The notes under the pieces are model-generated. The model did no database searches. It saw only the letters and a program-made list of their open reading frames with translations, and was not told where the DNA came from. A DNA stretch of 64,000 nt. It comes from an uncultured Candidatus Rokubacteria bacterium (GTDB taxonomy: Bacteria > Methylomirabilota > Methylomirabilia > Rokubacteriales > CSP1-6). Location of the stretch: the NCBI GenBank assembly GCA_963771355.1, contig CAVYTA010000007.1:96001-160000 (forward strand). Direction: 5' to 3'. Below, piece after piece: positions 52,346 through 64,000 of the stretch (positions are counted from its first letter, which is position 1; the number at the start of each line of letters is the position of its first letter). Position numbers and translations under genes: made by a program.

Positions 52346-53568
52346 GCGGGGTGCACGCCGCGCTCGTTGCCCTCATGGGTCTCCTGCTCACCACGCTTGT
52401 CGTCGCTCCCGCCGCGGGCCAGGCGCGCCGCGAAGGGCCCGACATCAACGAGAGCGAGCGCACGCTTCAGCAGAAGCAACGCCAGCTCAAGGACGAGCGG
52501 GCCAAGGTCGCCCAGGCCAAGAAGCGCGAGGCCTCGGTGCTGGCCGAGCTCGAGGACACGGAGAAGCGGCTCGGCGACAAGCGCCGGCAGGTGGGGGTGC
52601 TCGACGAGCGGGTGAAGAAGGCGAAGGTCGACGTGGCGAGTCTGCAAGGCGACATCGGCCGGCTGGAAGTTCAGCGCTCGGGGCAGGAGGAGGCCCTGAG
52701 CCGGCGGCTCCGCGTGCTGTACAAGCTTCAGGCGCAAGGTGGCGTTTTGCCAGTGATTCTTTCCGGTGACGACCCCGTGGCGCAGGCCATCAAGCTCCGC
52801 CACCTGACCACCCTGGCCACTGTGGACGCCAGAACCATTAAAGAGTATCGTGTTACTTCAGAGGGGTTGGCCGAGCGCAAAGTCAGGGTCGAGGCCCGGC
52901 GCGTCGAGCTGGCCTCGCTTCGCAGTCAGGCCGAAGGAGAGCGCGCCGAGGCCGATCGCGAAGCCGCAAGGCGGCGGGTGCTGCTGGCCAAGGTCCGAGA
53001 CGAGCGGGTCTATCACGAGCGGATGGTCGGGGAGCTGTCCGACGCCACTCGGCGGCTCGAGGCATTCATCCGGGACCTGCAGGCCAAGCAGCGCCGGGCG
53101 GCGGTGCGGCCGCCCACGACAGCGCCCCGGCCCGCGCCGGGCGACCTCGGCGGCTCGGGGCTGGCCTCCTTGCGGGGCCGGCTGGCGTGGCCGGCCGAGG
53201 GGAAGGTGGTCGGGGAGTACGGCGCGCAGGTGCACCCGCGCTTCGGGACGAAGACGTTCCGGAATGGGATCGACATCGAGGTGGCCGAGGGGACGGACAT
53301 CAAAGCCGTCTACCCCGGCCATGTGGTCTATACGGGCTGGTTCCGGGGCTACGGGAATCTGATCATCGTGGATCACGGCGGCGAGTACTACACGCTGTAC
53401 GCGCACGCCGCCGAGATCAAGGTAGCGGAGGGTGACGACGTGAGGCAGGGGCAGGCGATCGGCACGGTGGGGGACACCGGGTCGCTGCAGGGGCCGCGGC
53501 TGTACTTCGAGGTGCGGCACCAGGGCAAGCCCCAGGATCCCGCGCAGTGGCTGAGACCGCGAGGCTGA
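52342..53568 (+). CDS. envC: Murein hydrolase activator EnvC (coiled coil plus M23)
   Basis: Long coiled coil; degenerate M23 (RNGID, LYFEVR). Confidence 0.88.
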   Translation: MSGVHAALVALMGLLLTTLVVAPAAGQARREGPDINESERTLQQKQRQLKDERAKVAQAKKREASVLAELEDTEKRLGDKRRQVGVLDERVKKAKVDVASLQGDIGRLEVQRSGQEEALSRRLRVLYKLQAQGGVLPVILSGDDPVAQAIKLRHLTTLATVDARTIKEYRVTSEGLAERKVRVEARRVELASLRSQAEGERAEADREAARRRVLLAKVRDERVYHERMVGELSDATRRLEAFIRDLQAKQRRAAVRPPTTAPRPAPGDLGGSGLASLRGRLAWPAEGKVVGEYGAQVHPRFGTKTFRNGIDIEVAEGTDIKAVYPGHVVYTGWFRGYGNLIIVDHGGEYYTLYAHAAEIKVAEGDDVRQGQAIGTVGDTGSLQGPRLYFEVRHQGKPQDPAQWLRPRG

Positions 53569-53570
53569 TT

Positions 53571-53666
53571 GGCGAGCCGCAGCCGCAGGCGAGGCGAGCG
53601 GATATGGAAATGGGTCCCGAGCGGAGCGAGGGGGCGAGCCGCAGCCGCAGGCGAGGCGAGCGGATA
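53571..53666 (+). repeat. Exact 34-bp direct repeat x2 in intergenic region
   Basis: GGCGAGCCGCAGCCGCAGGCGAGGCGAGCGGATA at 53571-53604 and 53633-53666. Confidence 0.9.
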
Positions 53667-53711
53667 GATGACGGGTGCGAGCGTAGCGAGCGAGTCCAGG
53701 AGGCAACGCGA

Positions 53712-55016
53712 ATGAGCTCCATGCGGAACGTGAAGAAAGTGGTGATGGCGTCGGCGCTCCTGTTCGTCCTCAGCCTGTCGCTGGGCGGCGGCGGGGTCGC
53801 GAGCAAGAGCCAGGACACCTCGGCCACCTACGAGAACCTCCGACTCTTCACCGAGGTGCTCTCCATCGTCCAGAGCCAGTACGTGGACGAGGTGCCCTCG
53901 AAGGACGTCATCTACAACGCGATCAAGGGCACCCTCCGCGGCCTGGACCCCCACTCCTCCTTCCTCGATCCCGAGATGTACCGGGAGATGCAGGTCGAGA
54001 CCTCGGGTAGCTTCGGCGGACTCGGCATCGAGATCACCCTCCGCGACGACATCCTCACCGTGGTGGCGCCCATCGAGGGCACGCCCGCCTATCGCGCGGG
54101 GATACAGCCGGGCGACCGCATCGTCAAGATCGAGGGCATCTCGACCAAGGACATGCAGCTCACGGATGCGGTGAAGCGCATGCGCGGCAAGCCCGGCTCC
54201 AAGATCATCATCAGCGTGGTCCGCGAGGGCTGGGCGGAGCCCAAGGACTTCGACATCGTCCGCGAGCAGATCCGCGTGCAGTCAGTGAAGACCCAGGAGC
54301 TGGAGACGGGCATCGAGTACATCCGGCTGCGGCAGTTCCAGGAGCAGACCGCCCAGGACCTCGAGACCGTGCTCGACAAGTACGCCAAGGGCGCCAAGAT
54401 CCAGGGGCTCGTGCTCGACCTCCGCAACAACCCCGGCGGCCTCCTCACGTCCGCCGTCGAGGTGACGGAGAAGTTCCTCGACGCGGGCCGGCTGGTGGTC
54501 TACACGGAGGGGCGGGTGCGCAACCAGAACATGCGCTTCCAGGCCAACTCCCGGCGGGTCTACACGGACTTCCCCGTGGTGGTGCTCGTCAATCAGGGCA
54601 GCGCCTCCGCCTCCGAGATCGTCGCCGGCGCGCTCCAGGACTGGGGCCGCGCCATCGTGATCGGGACGCAGAGCTTCGGCAAGGGCTCGGTGCAGACCAT
54701 CATCCCGCTCTCCGACGGATCGGGCCTTCGGCTCACTACCGCGAAGTACTTCACCCCGAAGGGCCGCTCCATCCACGGCAAGGGCATCACCCCGGACATC
54801 ATCGTGGAGGGGCCGAAGACCACGGCGGCGGTGACGGTGCCCGCGCCGGAGGGCGCTCCGGCGCCCCCGAAGCCCGGACCCTCGGTCGAGACCAAGCCGA
54901 GTGACGAGCTCAAGCGTGATCCCCAGCTCCAGCGCGCGCTCGACCTGCTCAAGGCGATGCGCATCCTGGATCGGACACGCCCGGCACCGGCGGGGTCGCA
55001 GGCCCAAGTCAAGTAG
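53712..55016 (+). CDS. ctpA: Carboxyl-terminal processing protease (S41)
   Basis: PDZ FGGLGI, DLRNNPGG, SASASEI, FGKGSVQ. Confidence 0.93.
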   Translation: MSSMRNVKKVVMASALLFVLSLSLGGGGVASKSQDTSATYENLRLFTEVLSIVQSQYVDEVPSKDVIYNAIKGTLRGLDPHSSFLDPEMYREMQVETSGSFGGLGIEITLRDDILTVVAPIEGTPAYRAGIQPGDRIVKIEGISTKDMQLTDAVKRMRGKPGSKIIISVVREGWAEPKDFDIVREQIRVQSVKTQELETGIEYIRLRQFQEQTAQDLETVLDKYAKGAKIQGLVLDLRNNPGGLLTSAVEVTEKFLDAGRLVVYTEGRVRNQNMRFQANSRRVYTDFPVVVLVNQGSASASEIVAGALQDWGRAIVIGTQSFGKGSVQTIIPLSDGSGLRLTTAKYFTPKGRSIHGKGITPDIIVEGPKTTAAVTVPAPEGAPAPPKPGPSVETKPSDELKRDPQLQRALDLLKAMRILDRTRPAPAGSQAQVK

Positions 55017-55027
55017 GACGACGCGGC

Positions 55028-55882
55028 ATGCCGGCCGGAGTGTGGAAGGCTCTGGCCGGCTTCATCGCCGTGCTCGCCGTCGCCGTCGTCGCGCTGGACC
55101 AGTGGCAGGCGCGCCAGGGCCTGACGAGCCTGTTCTGGAGCCCGGGGCGTCCCGCCGCGGAAGCCCGGCCCGCCCGTGCCATCAGCGCCCTGCCGCCGGC
55201 GCCGGCGGCGGCGAGCGGCGCCCCCCGCCTGGCCATCATCGTCGATGACCTCGGAAGCCGGCGCGATGTCTTCGACCTCGTGCGCGACATCGGCCGGCCG
55301 CTCGCGGTGGGCGTGCTGCCCGAGTTGCCGCTGTCGGCGTGGATCGCGGCGGAAGCCTCCCGGGTGGGCCTCGAGGTATTGCTGGATCTCCCGATGGAGC
55401 CGTACCGGTATCCCGAGCTTGACCCGGGGCCGGGTGCCCTCATGATGGCGATGGCTCCGGAGACGCTGGGCCGCCTGGTGGCCAAGCATCTGGCGACCAT
55501 GCCCAGCGCGGTAGGGGTGACCAATCACATGGGGTCGCGCTTGACCGAGGACCGAGGCCGGACGCGGGCGGCGCTGGAGCCGCTGGCCGAGCGGCGCCTC
55601 CTCTTCGTGGACGCCCTGACCAGCAATCACTCGGTCGCGTTCGAGGAGGCGCGGAGGCTGGGCCTGCGGGTGGGCCGCCGCCAGGTAGTGGTGGACCACT
55701 CTGGTGGAGAGGCCGTGGAGCGGGAGCGCTGGGACGAGGCCGCGCGACTCGCGACGGAGCTCGGCGAGGCGATCGTGCTGGCGCACGGGCATCCGCTGAC
55801 CTTGCGGCTGCTCAAGGAGTACGTGCTGAAGTGGGAAGCGGCGGGCATCCGATTGGTGCCGGTCTCGCAGCTGACGCGGTAA
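55028..55882 (+). CDS. Divergent polysaccharide deacetylase (YibQ-like)
   Basis: AIIVDDLG, PMEP, TNHMGS, AHGHP. Confidence 0.88.
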   Translation: MPAGVWKALAGFIAVLAVAVVALDQWQARQGLTSLFWSPGRPAAEARPARAISALPPAPAAASGAPRLAIIVDDLGSRRDVFDLVRDIGRPLAVGVLPELPLSAWIAAEASRVGLEVLLDLPMEPYRYPELDPGPGALMMAMAPETLGRLVAKHLATMPSAVGVTNHMGSRLTEDRGRTRAALEPLAERRLLFVDALTSNHSVAFEEARRLGLRVGRRQVVVDHSGGEAVERERWDEAARLATELGEAIVLAHGHPLTLRLLKEYVLKWEAAGIRLVPVSQLTR

Positions 55883-55901
55883 GAGGCAAAGGGGCGAGGC
55901 C

Positions 55902-56903
55902 ATGCTGGTGCTGGGTATCGAGACGTCCTGCGACGAGACCGCCGCCGCCGTGCTCGAGGGTGGTCGGAAAGTGCTGGGCCAGATCGTCGCCTCCCAGGAC
56001 GCGGTGCACGGCCCCTACGGGGGCGTGGTGCCGGAGCTGGCCTCACGGCGCCACCTCGAGGATATCCTCCCCGTGATCACGGGCACGCTCCGCCAGGCCG
56101 GAGTGGGGCTGGGTGATCTCGGCGGCATCGCCGTCACCCACGGGCCGGGGCTGGTGGGATCGCTTCTGGTGGGCTGCTCGGTGGCGAAATCGCTCGCCTA
56201 CGTGCATGGCCTCCCCCTGGTGGGCGTCAATCACCTCGAAGGTCATATCTACGCCGCCTTCCTCGAAGATCCCGCTCCCACCTATCCCTTCCTGGCTCTC
56301 GTCGTCTCCGGCGGCCACACCGCGCTCTATCTCGCCCGCGCGCCGCGGGAGTACGCGCGCATCGGCCAGACCCGCGACGACGCCGCGGGGGAGGCCTTCG
56401 ACAAGGTGGCCAAGCTGCTGGGGCTGGGCTATCCGGGCGGGCCCCTCATCGAGCGCACCGCGAAGGTGGGGGACCCGAGCGCCATCTCCTTTTCGACGGC
56501 AAAGATGAGCGACGGCTCGCCGGACTTCTCCTTCAGCGGGATCAAGACCGCGGTGTCCCTGTTCGTGAAGCGCAACGGGCCGCTGGACGCGCGCGTGGTG
56601 GCCGACGTGGCCGCCTCCTTCCAGGCCACCGTGGTGAAGATGCTGGTGCGCAAGACCGCGCGCGCGGCGCAGGGGCTCGGCGTGCGGCGCGTTCTCCTCA
56701 CCGGCGGGGTGGCCGCCAACGGCGCGCTGCGGGCGGCCTTCGAGGCCGAGTGCGGCGAGCGGCGCTGGGAGCTCTTCGTGCCGTCCCGGCCGCTCTGCAC
56801 CGACAACGCGGTCATGATCGCCGCCGCCGGCCACGACCGGCTCGTGGCGGGCGAGCGCGCACCGCTCACCCTCAACGCGATACCGGACCTGGCGCTGGCA
56901 TGA
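55902..56903 (+). CDS. tsaD: tRNA N6-adenosine threonylcarbamoyltransferase
   Basis: GIETSCDET, HLEGH, DDAAGEAFDK, CTDN. Confidence 0.97.
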   Translation: MLVLGIETSCDETAAAVLEGGRKVLGQIVASQDAVHGPYGGVVPELASRRHLEDILPVITGTLRQAGVGLGDLGGIAVTHGPGLVGSLLVGCSVAKSLAYVHGLPLVGVNHLEGHIYAAFLEDPAPTYPFLALVVSGGHTALYLARAPREYARIGQTRDDAAGEAFDKVAKLLGLGYPGGPLIERTAKVGDPSAISFSTAKMSDGSPDFSFSGIKTAVSLFVKRNGPLDARVVADVAASFQATVVKMLVRKTARAAQGLGVRRVLLTGGVAANGALRAAFEAECGERRWELFVPSRPLCTDNAVMIAAAGHDRLVAGERAPLTLNAIPDLALA

Positions 56904-57997
56904 AGGGACGCGGGCAGGGCCCCCTCGACTACGAGGCCCTGGTGGCGGGGCTCCCCGACGCCCTGGTGGGCGTGGACGACGGCCAGCGCATCGTGCTGTG
57001 GAATCCCGCCGCGGAGGCGCTGCTCGGCCGCTCCTCGCGCCGCGTGACCGGCCGCATGCTCAAGGAGGTCTTTCCCCCCGACACCTCGCTGGTGCGCCAC
57101 CTCCTCGACACCCTGGCCACCGGCGAGAGCCGCTCGGAGTCGGAGGCGACGGTGGAGACGGGGGACGGGCGCGTGGTGCACGTGAGCCTCATGACGGCGC
57201 CGCTGGCCGGCCGGAGCGGGGCCCTCGACGCGGCGGTGGCGGTGGTGCGCGACATCTCGCGCCTGCATCAGCTGGAGGCGGAGGTCCGGCGCGGCGAGAC
57301 CCTGGCCGCGGTGGGGCGCGTCGCGGTGGGCCTCGCCCACGAGATCCGCAATCCGCTGGGCGCCATCCGCGGGGCGGTGCAGCTGCTCAAGCGCGAGCTG
57401 GGCGACGAGGCGCGCTGGGGCGAGTACACGGACGTGCTGCTGCAGGAGGTGACGCGGGTCAACCGCATCATCGAGATGCTGCTCGACCTGGGCCGTCCGG
57501 TCACGCTCCGCCCGGTGCCGCTCAACCTCCACCAGCTGCTCGAGCGCGTGGCCCTCTTGTCCCAGGAGCTCGCGGCGGCGACCGGCGTCCAGATCCAGCG
57601 CCGCTACGATCCGAGCCTGCCGCCCATCCTGGCCGACGAGGATCACCTGCTGCAGGTCTTCCACAACCTCGTGCGCAATGCCATCGAGGCCATGCCCGCG
57701 GGGGGCCGGCTCACCCTGATCTCGCGGCTGTCCAAGAATCCCCTCTTCACCAAGGTGGACCTGGGCGCCGGCCAGCGCAGCATGGCCGAGGTACAGGTGG
57801 TGGACGAGGGCGAGGGCATTCCCGAGGCGACGCACGCCAAGCTCTTCACGCCCTTCTTCACCACCAAGGAAAAGGGTCTCGGCCTGGGGCTGGCCCTCTG
57901 CCACCGCATCCTGGAGGAGCATCGGGGCGCCATCCAGGTCACCAGCGAGCTGGGGCGGGGGACCACCGTCTCCTGCTTCATTCCCCTCGCGCGCTGA
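56900..57997 (+). CDS. ntrB: PAS sensor kinase NtrB-like
   Basis: AHEIRNPLGAIRGAVQLL, YDPSLP, PFFTTK. Confidence 0.75.
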   Translation: MKGRGQGPLDYEALVAGLPDALVGVDDGQRIVLWNPAAEALLGRSSRRVTGRMLKEVFPPDTSLVRHLLDTLATGESRSESEATVETGDGRVVHVSLMTAPLAGRSGALDAAVAVVRDISRLHQLEAEVRRGETLAAVGRVAVGLAHEIRNPLGAIRGAVQLLKRELGDEARWGEYTDVLLQEVTRVNRIIEMLLDLGRPVTLRPVPLNLHQLLERVALLSQELAAATGVQIQRRYDPSLPPILADEDHLLQVFHNLVRNAIEAMPAGGRLTLISRLSKNPLFTKVDLGAGQRSMAEVQVVDEGEGIPEATHAKLFTPFFTTKEKGLGLGLALCHRILEEHRGAIQVTSELGRGTTVSCFIPLAR

Positions 57998-58022
57998 GCC
58001 GGATCCTCCTGGGTCCCCTCCC

Positions 58023-59456
58023 GTGACCGCCGCCGCCGGGCAGATCCTGATCGCCGATGACGAGGACGGCCTCCGCTGGGTGCTGGAGAAGGGGTTCCGC
58101 GGAGCCGGCTACACCGTCACCGCGGTGAAAGACGGCACCACCGCGCTCCGCGAGGCAGAGGCCAACACCTACGACCTCGTGCTCCTGGACATCCGCATGC
58201 CGGGCATCGACGGCCTCACGCTCCTGCGCCAGCTGCGCGAGCGCCGCCCCGACGCCTTCGTGGTGATCATGACCGCGCACGGCACCATGGAGACGGCCAT
58301 TGCGGCCATGCAGCAGGGCGCCTACGACTATCTGGCCAAGCCGTTCGACATCGACGAGGCGCTGCTCCTCGCCGAGCGGGCGCTGGCCGCGCGGCGGCTG
58401 ACCCAGGAGGTGGCCGCGCTCCGCACGGGTCTCCGGGAGGTGTGGGAGTTCGGCGCTCTCGTGGGGCGACATCCCACCATGCAGGAGGTGTACAAGACGA
58501 TCGGCCGCGTGGCCGCCAGCGATGTGAGCGTGCTGCTCCGCGGCGAGTCCGGCACGGGCAAGGAAGTGGTGGCGCGCGCTCTCCACCACTACAGCCGCCG
58601 GGCGGGGCGGCCGTTCGTGGGCATCTCCGCCGCCGCCATCCCCGGACAGCTCCTCGAGTCCGAGCTGTTCGGCCACGAGAAGGGCGCCTTCACCGACGCC
58701 AAGGAGCGCCGACTCGGCAAGCTCGAGCTGGCGCATGGGGGCAGCGTCTTCTTCGACGAGATCGGCGACATGCCCCCGGAGCTCCAGGTCAAGCTCCTGC
58801 GCGCCCTGCAGGAGCGCACCTTCGAGCGCGTGGGCGGCCACGAGCTGATCCGCATGGACGTGCGGGTGCTGGCCGCCACCCACCGCGACCTCGAGGCGAT
58901 GATGAAGGATGGGCGGTTCCGCGAGGACCTTTTCTACCGCCTCAACGTGGTGTCGCTCTCGCTGCCTGCGCTCCGCGAACGGCGGCAGGACATCCCGCTC
59001 CTGGCCGAGCACTTCCTCGCGAAGTACGCCGACTCCCTCGGCGAGCGGGTGATTGCCCCCGACGCCATGGATCGCCTGGTGGGTCATGACTGGCCGGGCA
59101 ATGTGCGCGAGCTGGAGAACGTGATCCAGCGTGCCATGGTCATGGCGGGCACCGGGGTGGTCATGCCCGAGCATCTCCCCATCGGCCCGGTGTCGGCGGC
59201 GGCCGGCGTGGCCCCCGACGCCACGCTGGAGGACATCATCGAGCGGAGGATGCACGAGTGCGTGCGGGGCATGCGCGGCCACGCCTCCGCCAACCTCCAC
59301 GCCCTCATGGTCGGCCTGGTCGAGAAGCCGCTGCTCCGCGCCGTCATGCGCGAGACCAAGGGTAATCAGGTCCGCGCCGCCCAGCTCCTGGGGATCAACC
59401 GCAACACCCTCCGGAAGAAGCTGAAGGAGCACGGGCTCGACCCCGACGCGGCCTGA
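58023..59456 (+). CDS. ntrC: Sigma54-dependent response regulator NtrC-like
   Basis: REC domain; GESGTGKE, ESELFGHEKGAFTDA; HTH LLGINRNTLRKK. Confidence 0.8.
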   Translation: MTAAAGQILIADDEDGLRWVLEKGFRGAGYTVTAVKDGTTALREAEANTYDLVLLDIRMPGIDGLTLLRQLRERRPDAFVVIMTAHGTMETAIAAMQQGAYDYLAKPFDIDEALLLAERALAARRLTQEVAALRTGLREVWEFGALVGRHPTMQEVYKTIGRVAASDVSVLLRGESGTGKEVVARALHHYSRRAGRPFVGISAAAIPGQLLESELFGHEKGAFTDAKERRLGKLELAHGGSVFFDEIGDMPPELQVKLLRALQERTFERVGGHELIRMDVRVLAATHRDLEAMMKDGRFREDLFYRLNVVSLSLPALRERRQDIPLLAEHFLAKYADSLGERVIAPDAMDRLVGHDWPGNVRELENVIQRAMVMAGTGVVMPEHLPIGPVSAAAGVAPDATLEDIIERRMHECVRGMRGHASANLHALMVGLVEKPLLRAVMRETKGNQVRAAQLLGINRNTLRKKLKEHGLDPDAA

Positions 59457-59543
59457 ACCCCGGCCTCGGGCGGCGGGGGCGTACTCGCTTGCTCAGTACC
59501 CCATTCGCCGCGAGCACGCCCCCGCCGCTCGAGGCCGGGAGGA

Positions 59544-60719
59544 CTAGCGGGGCAGGCCGAGCAGCCGGTCGCCGATGATGTTGCGCTGGATCTGATCGGT
59601 GCCGCCGGCGATCCCGAAGCGGTGGGCGAAGAGCGACTGAAAGGCCCAGCGGCCGTCCTCCGGCGCTCGGGGCTGGTCGCCCCAGAGCTGGGCATACGGC
59701 CCCAGGAGCGCGGCGGCGATCTCGGCCATCTGCTTGTAGGCCTCGGTGAACGTGAGCTTGAGCACCGAGCCTTCCGCGCCCACCGGCTGGCCGTTGAGCT
59801 CCCGCGTGAGGTAGCGGAGATTGGTGAGGCGCAGCACCCGCCCCGCGATCACGAGCTCCGCCAGGCGCTGGCGGTACACGGGATCCGCGCCGCCCTGCCG
59901 CCGCGCCAGCGCGAGCACCCGGTCGATGTAGAAGTGGAGGTTCACCATGCCGCCGATGGACTGCCGCTCGTACATGAGGATGGTCACGGCGACGTCCCAG
60001 CCCCGGTGCAGCGCGCCCACCAGGTTCTCGCGCGGCACCCGCACCCCGTCGAAGAACACCTCGTTGAACTCGGAGTCCCCGGTGAGCTGACGCAACGGAC
60101 GGATGGTGATGCCCGGGGAGCGCATGTCGACGAGGAGGCAGGAGATGCCCCCATGCCGCGTGGAGCCGGGCTCGCTCCGGGCGAGCAGGAGGCAGTAGTC
60201 CGACCGGTGCGCGTGCGAGGTCCACACCTTCTGGCCGGTGACCACGAAGTGGTCCCCGTCGAGAACGGCGCGCGTGGACAGATTGGCGAGATCGCTGCCG
60301 GCATTGGGCTCGGAGAAGCCCTGGCACCAGATCTCATCGGCGTTGAGGATGGGCTTGAGCCAGCGCTGCTTCTGCGCGGGGGTGCCGTGCACCATGAGGG
60401 CCGGCGCCACCATGCCGAGGCCGATGGTGTTCACGCCGGGCGGGGCCCCGGCCGCGATCAGCTCCTCGGCGAAGATGAGCTGCTCGACGAGGGTGACGCC
60501 GCGCCCCCCGAGCTCCTTCGGCCAGCGGAGTCCCATCCAGCCGCCCGCGTACATGCGCCGGTGCCAGGCCCGGCAGGCGTCGAAGGACCGGTCGGGGTGA
60601 AGGGTCAGCTCGTCATCGGACGCCGGATGGACCTGGCGGTGCGCGGGCAGGTGGGCGGCCAGCCACGCGCGCAGCTCGGCGCGGAACGCCGCCTCCGCGG
60701 GCGAATCGGCAAAGTCCAT
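59544..60719 (-). CDS. Acyl-CoA dehydrogenase family protein
   Basis: WCQGFSEPNAGSDLA, GQKVWTS, EFNEVFFD, IAGGTDQIQRNII. Confidence 0.92.
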   Translation of the reverse strand: MDFADSPAEAAFRAELRAWLAAHLPAHRQVHPASDDELTLHPDRSFDACRAWHRRMYAGGWMGLRWPKELGGRGVTLVEQLIFAEELIAAGAPPGVNTIGLGMVAPALMVHGTPAQKQRWLKPILNADEIWCQGFSEPNAGSDLANLSTRAVLDGDHFVVTGQKVWTSHAHRSDYCLLLARSEPGSTRHGGISCLLVDMRSPGITIRPLRQLTGDSEFNEVFFDGVRVPRENLVGALHRGWDVAVTILMYERQSIGGMVNLHFYIDRVLALARRQGGADPVYRQRLAELVIAGRVLRLTNLRYLTRELNGQPVGAEGSVLKLTFTEAYKQMAEIAAALLGPYAQLWGDQPRAPEDGRWAFQSLFAHRFGIAGGTDQIQRNIIGDRLLGLPR

Positions 60720-60736
60720 GGCTGCGCTGACGGGGG

Positions 60737-62477
<1,741 letters not shown>

Positions 62478-62486
62478 TGCATGGGA

Positions 62487-62515
62487 ATCGTACGGCCGCG
62501 TCCCCGGCCCGTCAA
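62487..62515 (-). promoter_or_regulatory. Sigma70-type promoter for the thiC leader
   Basis: TTGACG-N17-TACGAT on the minus strand just upstream of the aptamer. Confidence 0.7.
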
Positions 62516-62641
62516 GGCGGCCGATTATGGAGACGGCCTGACGCACGGCGGCGTTATGATGGAGTGAAGGTACGAGACGGCTGGGTCCCAACTTGCAGCG
62601 CGGTCTCCGAGGCTTGAACACCCAATGGTAGCCAGGTTCCC

Positions 62642-64000
62642 ATGACCGGCCAATCCGGCACCCCGCACGATCCAGGGACTCGTGAGCTCGAGGTCTTCGC
62701 CGAATCCAGCTGGCTGGTGGCGTCCACCCTCGATCTGGGCGAGGTCCTCGAGCGCCTCGCCGACGTGGCCCAGACGCGGCTGGGGGTCGACATCGTCCGC
62801 ATCTGGCTCCTCGATGCTCGCACGGGCCTGCTCAGCCTCCGGGCGGAGACGGGGACGTCGGGCCGGCCGGTGGCGTTCGCGCAGACGCTCAGCGTGGGCG
62901 AGGGCCTCGCCGGACGGGTCTTCGAGACCCAGCAGTCGCTGGTGGTGCCCGACGTCATGCAGGACGCGCGGGTGCGGAACCGCACGTGGTTCGAGTCCGA
63001 AGGCGTCCACTCCTCGATGCTGGTTCCCATCCTCCTCGACACGAGCCCCATCGGGATCATCGCGTGCATGACGCGGACGCGGCGGGAATTCGCCCCCGAC
63101 GAGGTCAAGCTGGCCGCCGCCGTCGCCGCCCCCGCCGCCACCGCGGTGCGCAACGCCGGGCTCTACGCGGACGCGCTGCAGCGGCTCGAAGAGATCCAGG
63201 CCTTCCAGCGGGTGACCTCGGAGACCCTGTCCTCGCCGGATCTTGAAACCGCGCTGCGCACCGTGCTCCGGGAGACGCGGCACCTCCTGCGCGCGGACGG
63301 CGCCTTCTGCTCCTTCGTGGACTCGCCCAGCCGTGACGTGCAGACGGTGGTCACCCTCGGCGCCCACACCGCCGAGTTCCCGCGCTCCCGCGTGACCCCG
63401 GGCGAGGGAATGAGCGGCCTCGTCCTCGGCGCGCGCCGGGCGGTGCGCACCGACGCGTACCTGACCGACCCGCGGTTTCTCCGCGCCCCGCACCTCGTAG
63501 AGTGGGCCCGCGCGGAGTCGACGCAGGCGATGATCGGCGCGCCCGTCTTCGACCGCGACGGCCAGGTCATCGCCCTCCTCTGGGCATACAACCGGAGCGC
63601 CACCCTCTTCACCGCCGGCGACGAGTCGGTGATCTCGGGCCTCGCCCAGCAGGCGGCGCTGGCTATCGGCACCGCCCGCGGCATGGAGGGTGAGCGCCAC
63701 CGGGCGCGCCAGACCGCCGCGCTGCTCGAGATCGCGCAGGTGTGCGCGTCCACCCTCGAGCTGCGCCCGCTGCTGCGCGCGGTGGCCCTCCAGGTCGCCC
63801 GGGCGCTGGCGGCGGAGCGCTGCACCATCAATTTCTGGAGAGGCGCCGTGCTCGTGCCGGTGATGTCCCAGTTTGCCGACGGCCACGTCGATGCCACGCT
63901 GTGGGAGCGCTACAAGGAGATGGGCAAGGACGGGGTCGACGCGATTCCCGCGGATCTGGGCGCGGTGAAGACGCGCCGGCCGGTGATGGTGGAGGACATG
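62642..64000 (+). CDS. Multi-GAF signalling protein, 5' part; runs off window edge
   Basis: Manual translation shows repeated GAF signatures (STLDLGEVL...GEGLAGRV, GEGMSGLV, STLELRPLL). No stop in the window. Confidence 0.85.
   Translation, partial: MTGQSGTPHDPGTRELEVFAESSWLVASTLDLGEVLERLADVAQTRLGVDIVRIWLLDARTGLLSLRAETGTSGRPVAFAQTLSVGEGLAGRVFETQQSLVVPDVMQDARVRNRTWFESEGVHSSMLVPILLDTSPIGIIACMTRTRREFAPDEVKLAAAVAAPAATAVRNAGLYADALQRLEEIQAFQRVTSETLSSPDLETALRTVLRETRHLLRADGAFCSFVDSPSRDVQTVVTLGAHTAEFPRSRVTPGEGMSGLVLGARRAVRTDAYLTDPRFLRAPHLVEWARAESTQAMIGAPVFDRDGQVIALLWAYNRSATLFTAGDESVISGLAQQAALAIGTARGMEGERHRARQTAALLEIAQVCASTLELRPLLRAVALQVARALAAERCTINFWRGAVLVPVMSQFADGHVDATLWERYKEMGKDGVDAIPADLGAVKTRRPVMVEDM

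Noticed and set aside
53571..53666. Mini CRISPR array (34-bp repeats, 28-bp spacer)
   Set aside because: Only two copies, the spacer resembles the downstream flank, and there are no cas genes or leader.

Overview
High-GC bacterial chromosomal window. The gene style resembles Candidatus Rokubacteria/Methylomirabilota, but that is inference only. The left ~15 kb is accessory: a partial DUF3380-type muramidase divergent from a TM-helical protein and a papain-family/alpha-beta-hydrolase fusion, then a TerB-like gene, DUF2459, a PstS-like binding protein, SDR, phospholipase D, CopD and an orphan PAS kinase. A selenocysteine locus follows (tRNA-Sec, three uncharacterised genes, selA, selB). Next come a sugar ABC/GH51 pair, tatA-ROK-two GT-C-like genes, ileS-lspA-rluD and glmUS, an ~7 kb block of small accessory enzymes, and the core run pcrA-gatCAB-ftsEX-envC-ctpA-yibQ-tsaD-ntrBC. 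The window ends with an acyl-CoA dehydrogenase, TPP-riboswitch-thiC and a partial multi-GAF protein. Seven apparent +1 frameshifts, all within the first 17.3 kb, are probably long-read errors. No CRISPR array, integrase, transposase or rRNA was seen. The best candidates for undescribed biology are the muramidase/TM-helical/C1-hydrolase locus, the genes embedded in the sel locus, a two-step mini-ORF relay between gatC and gatA, and a sigma54-type promoter on glmUS.
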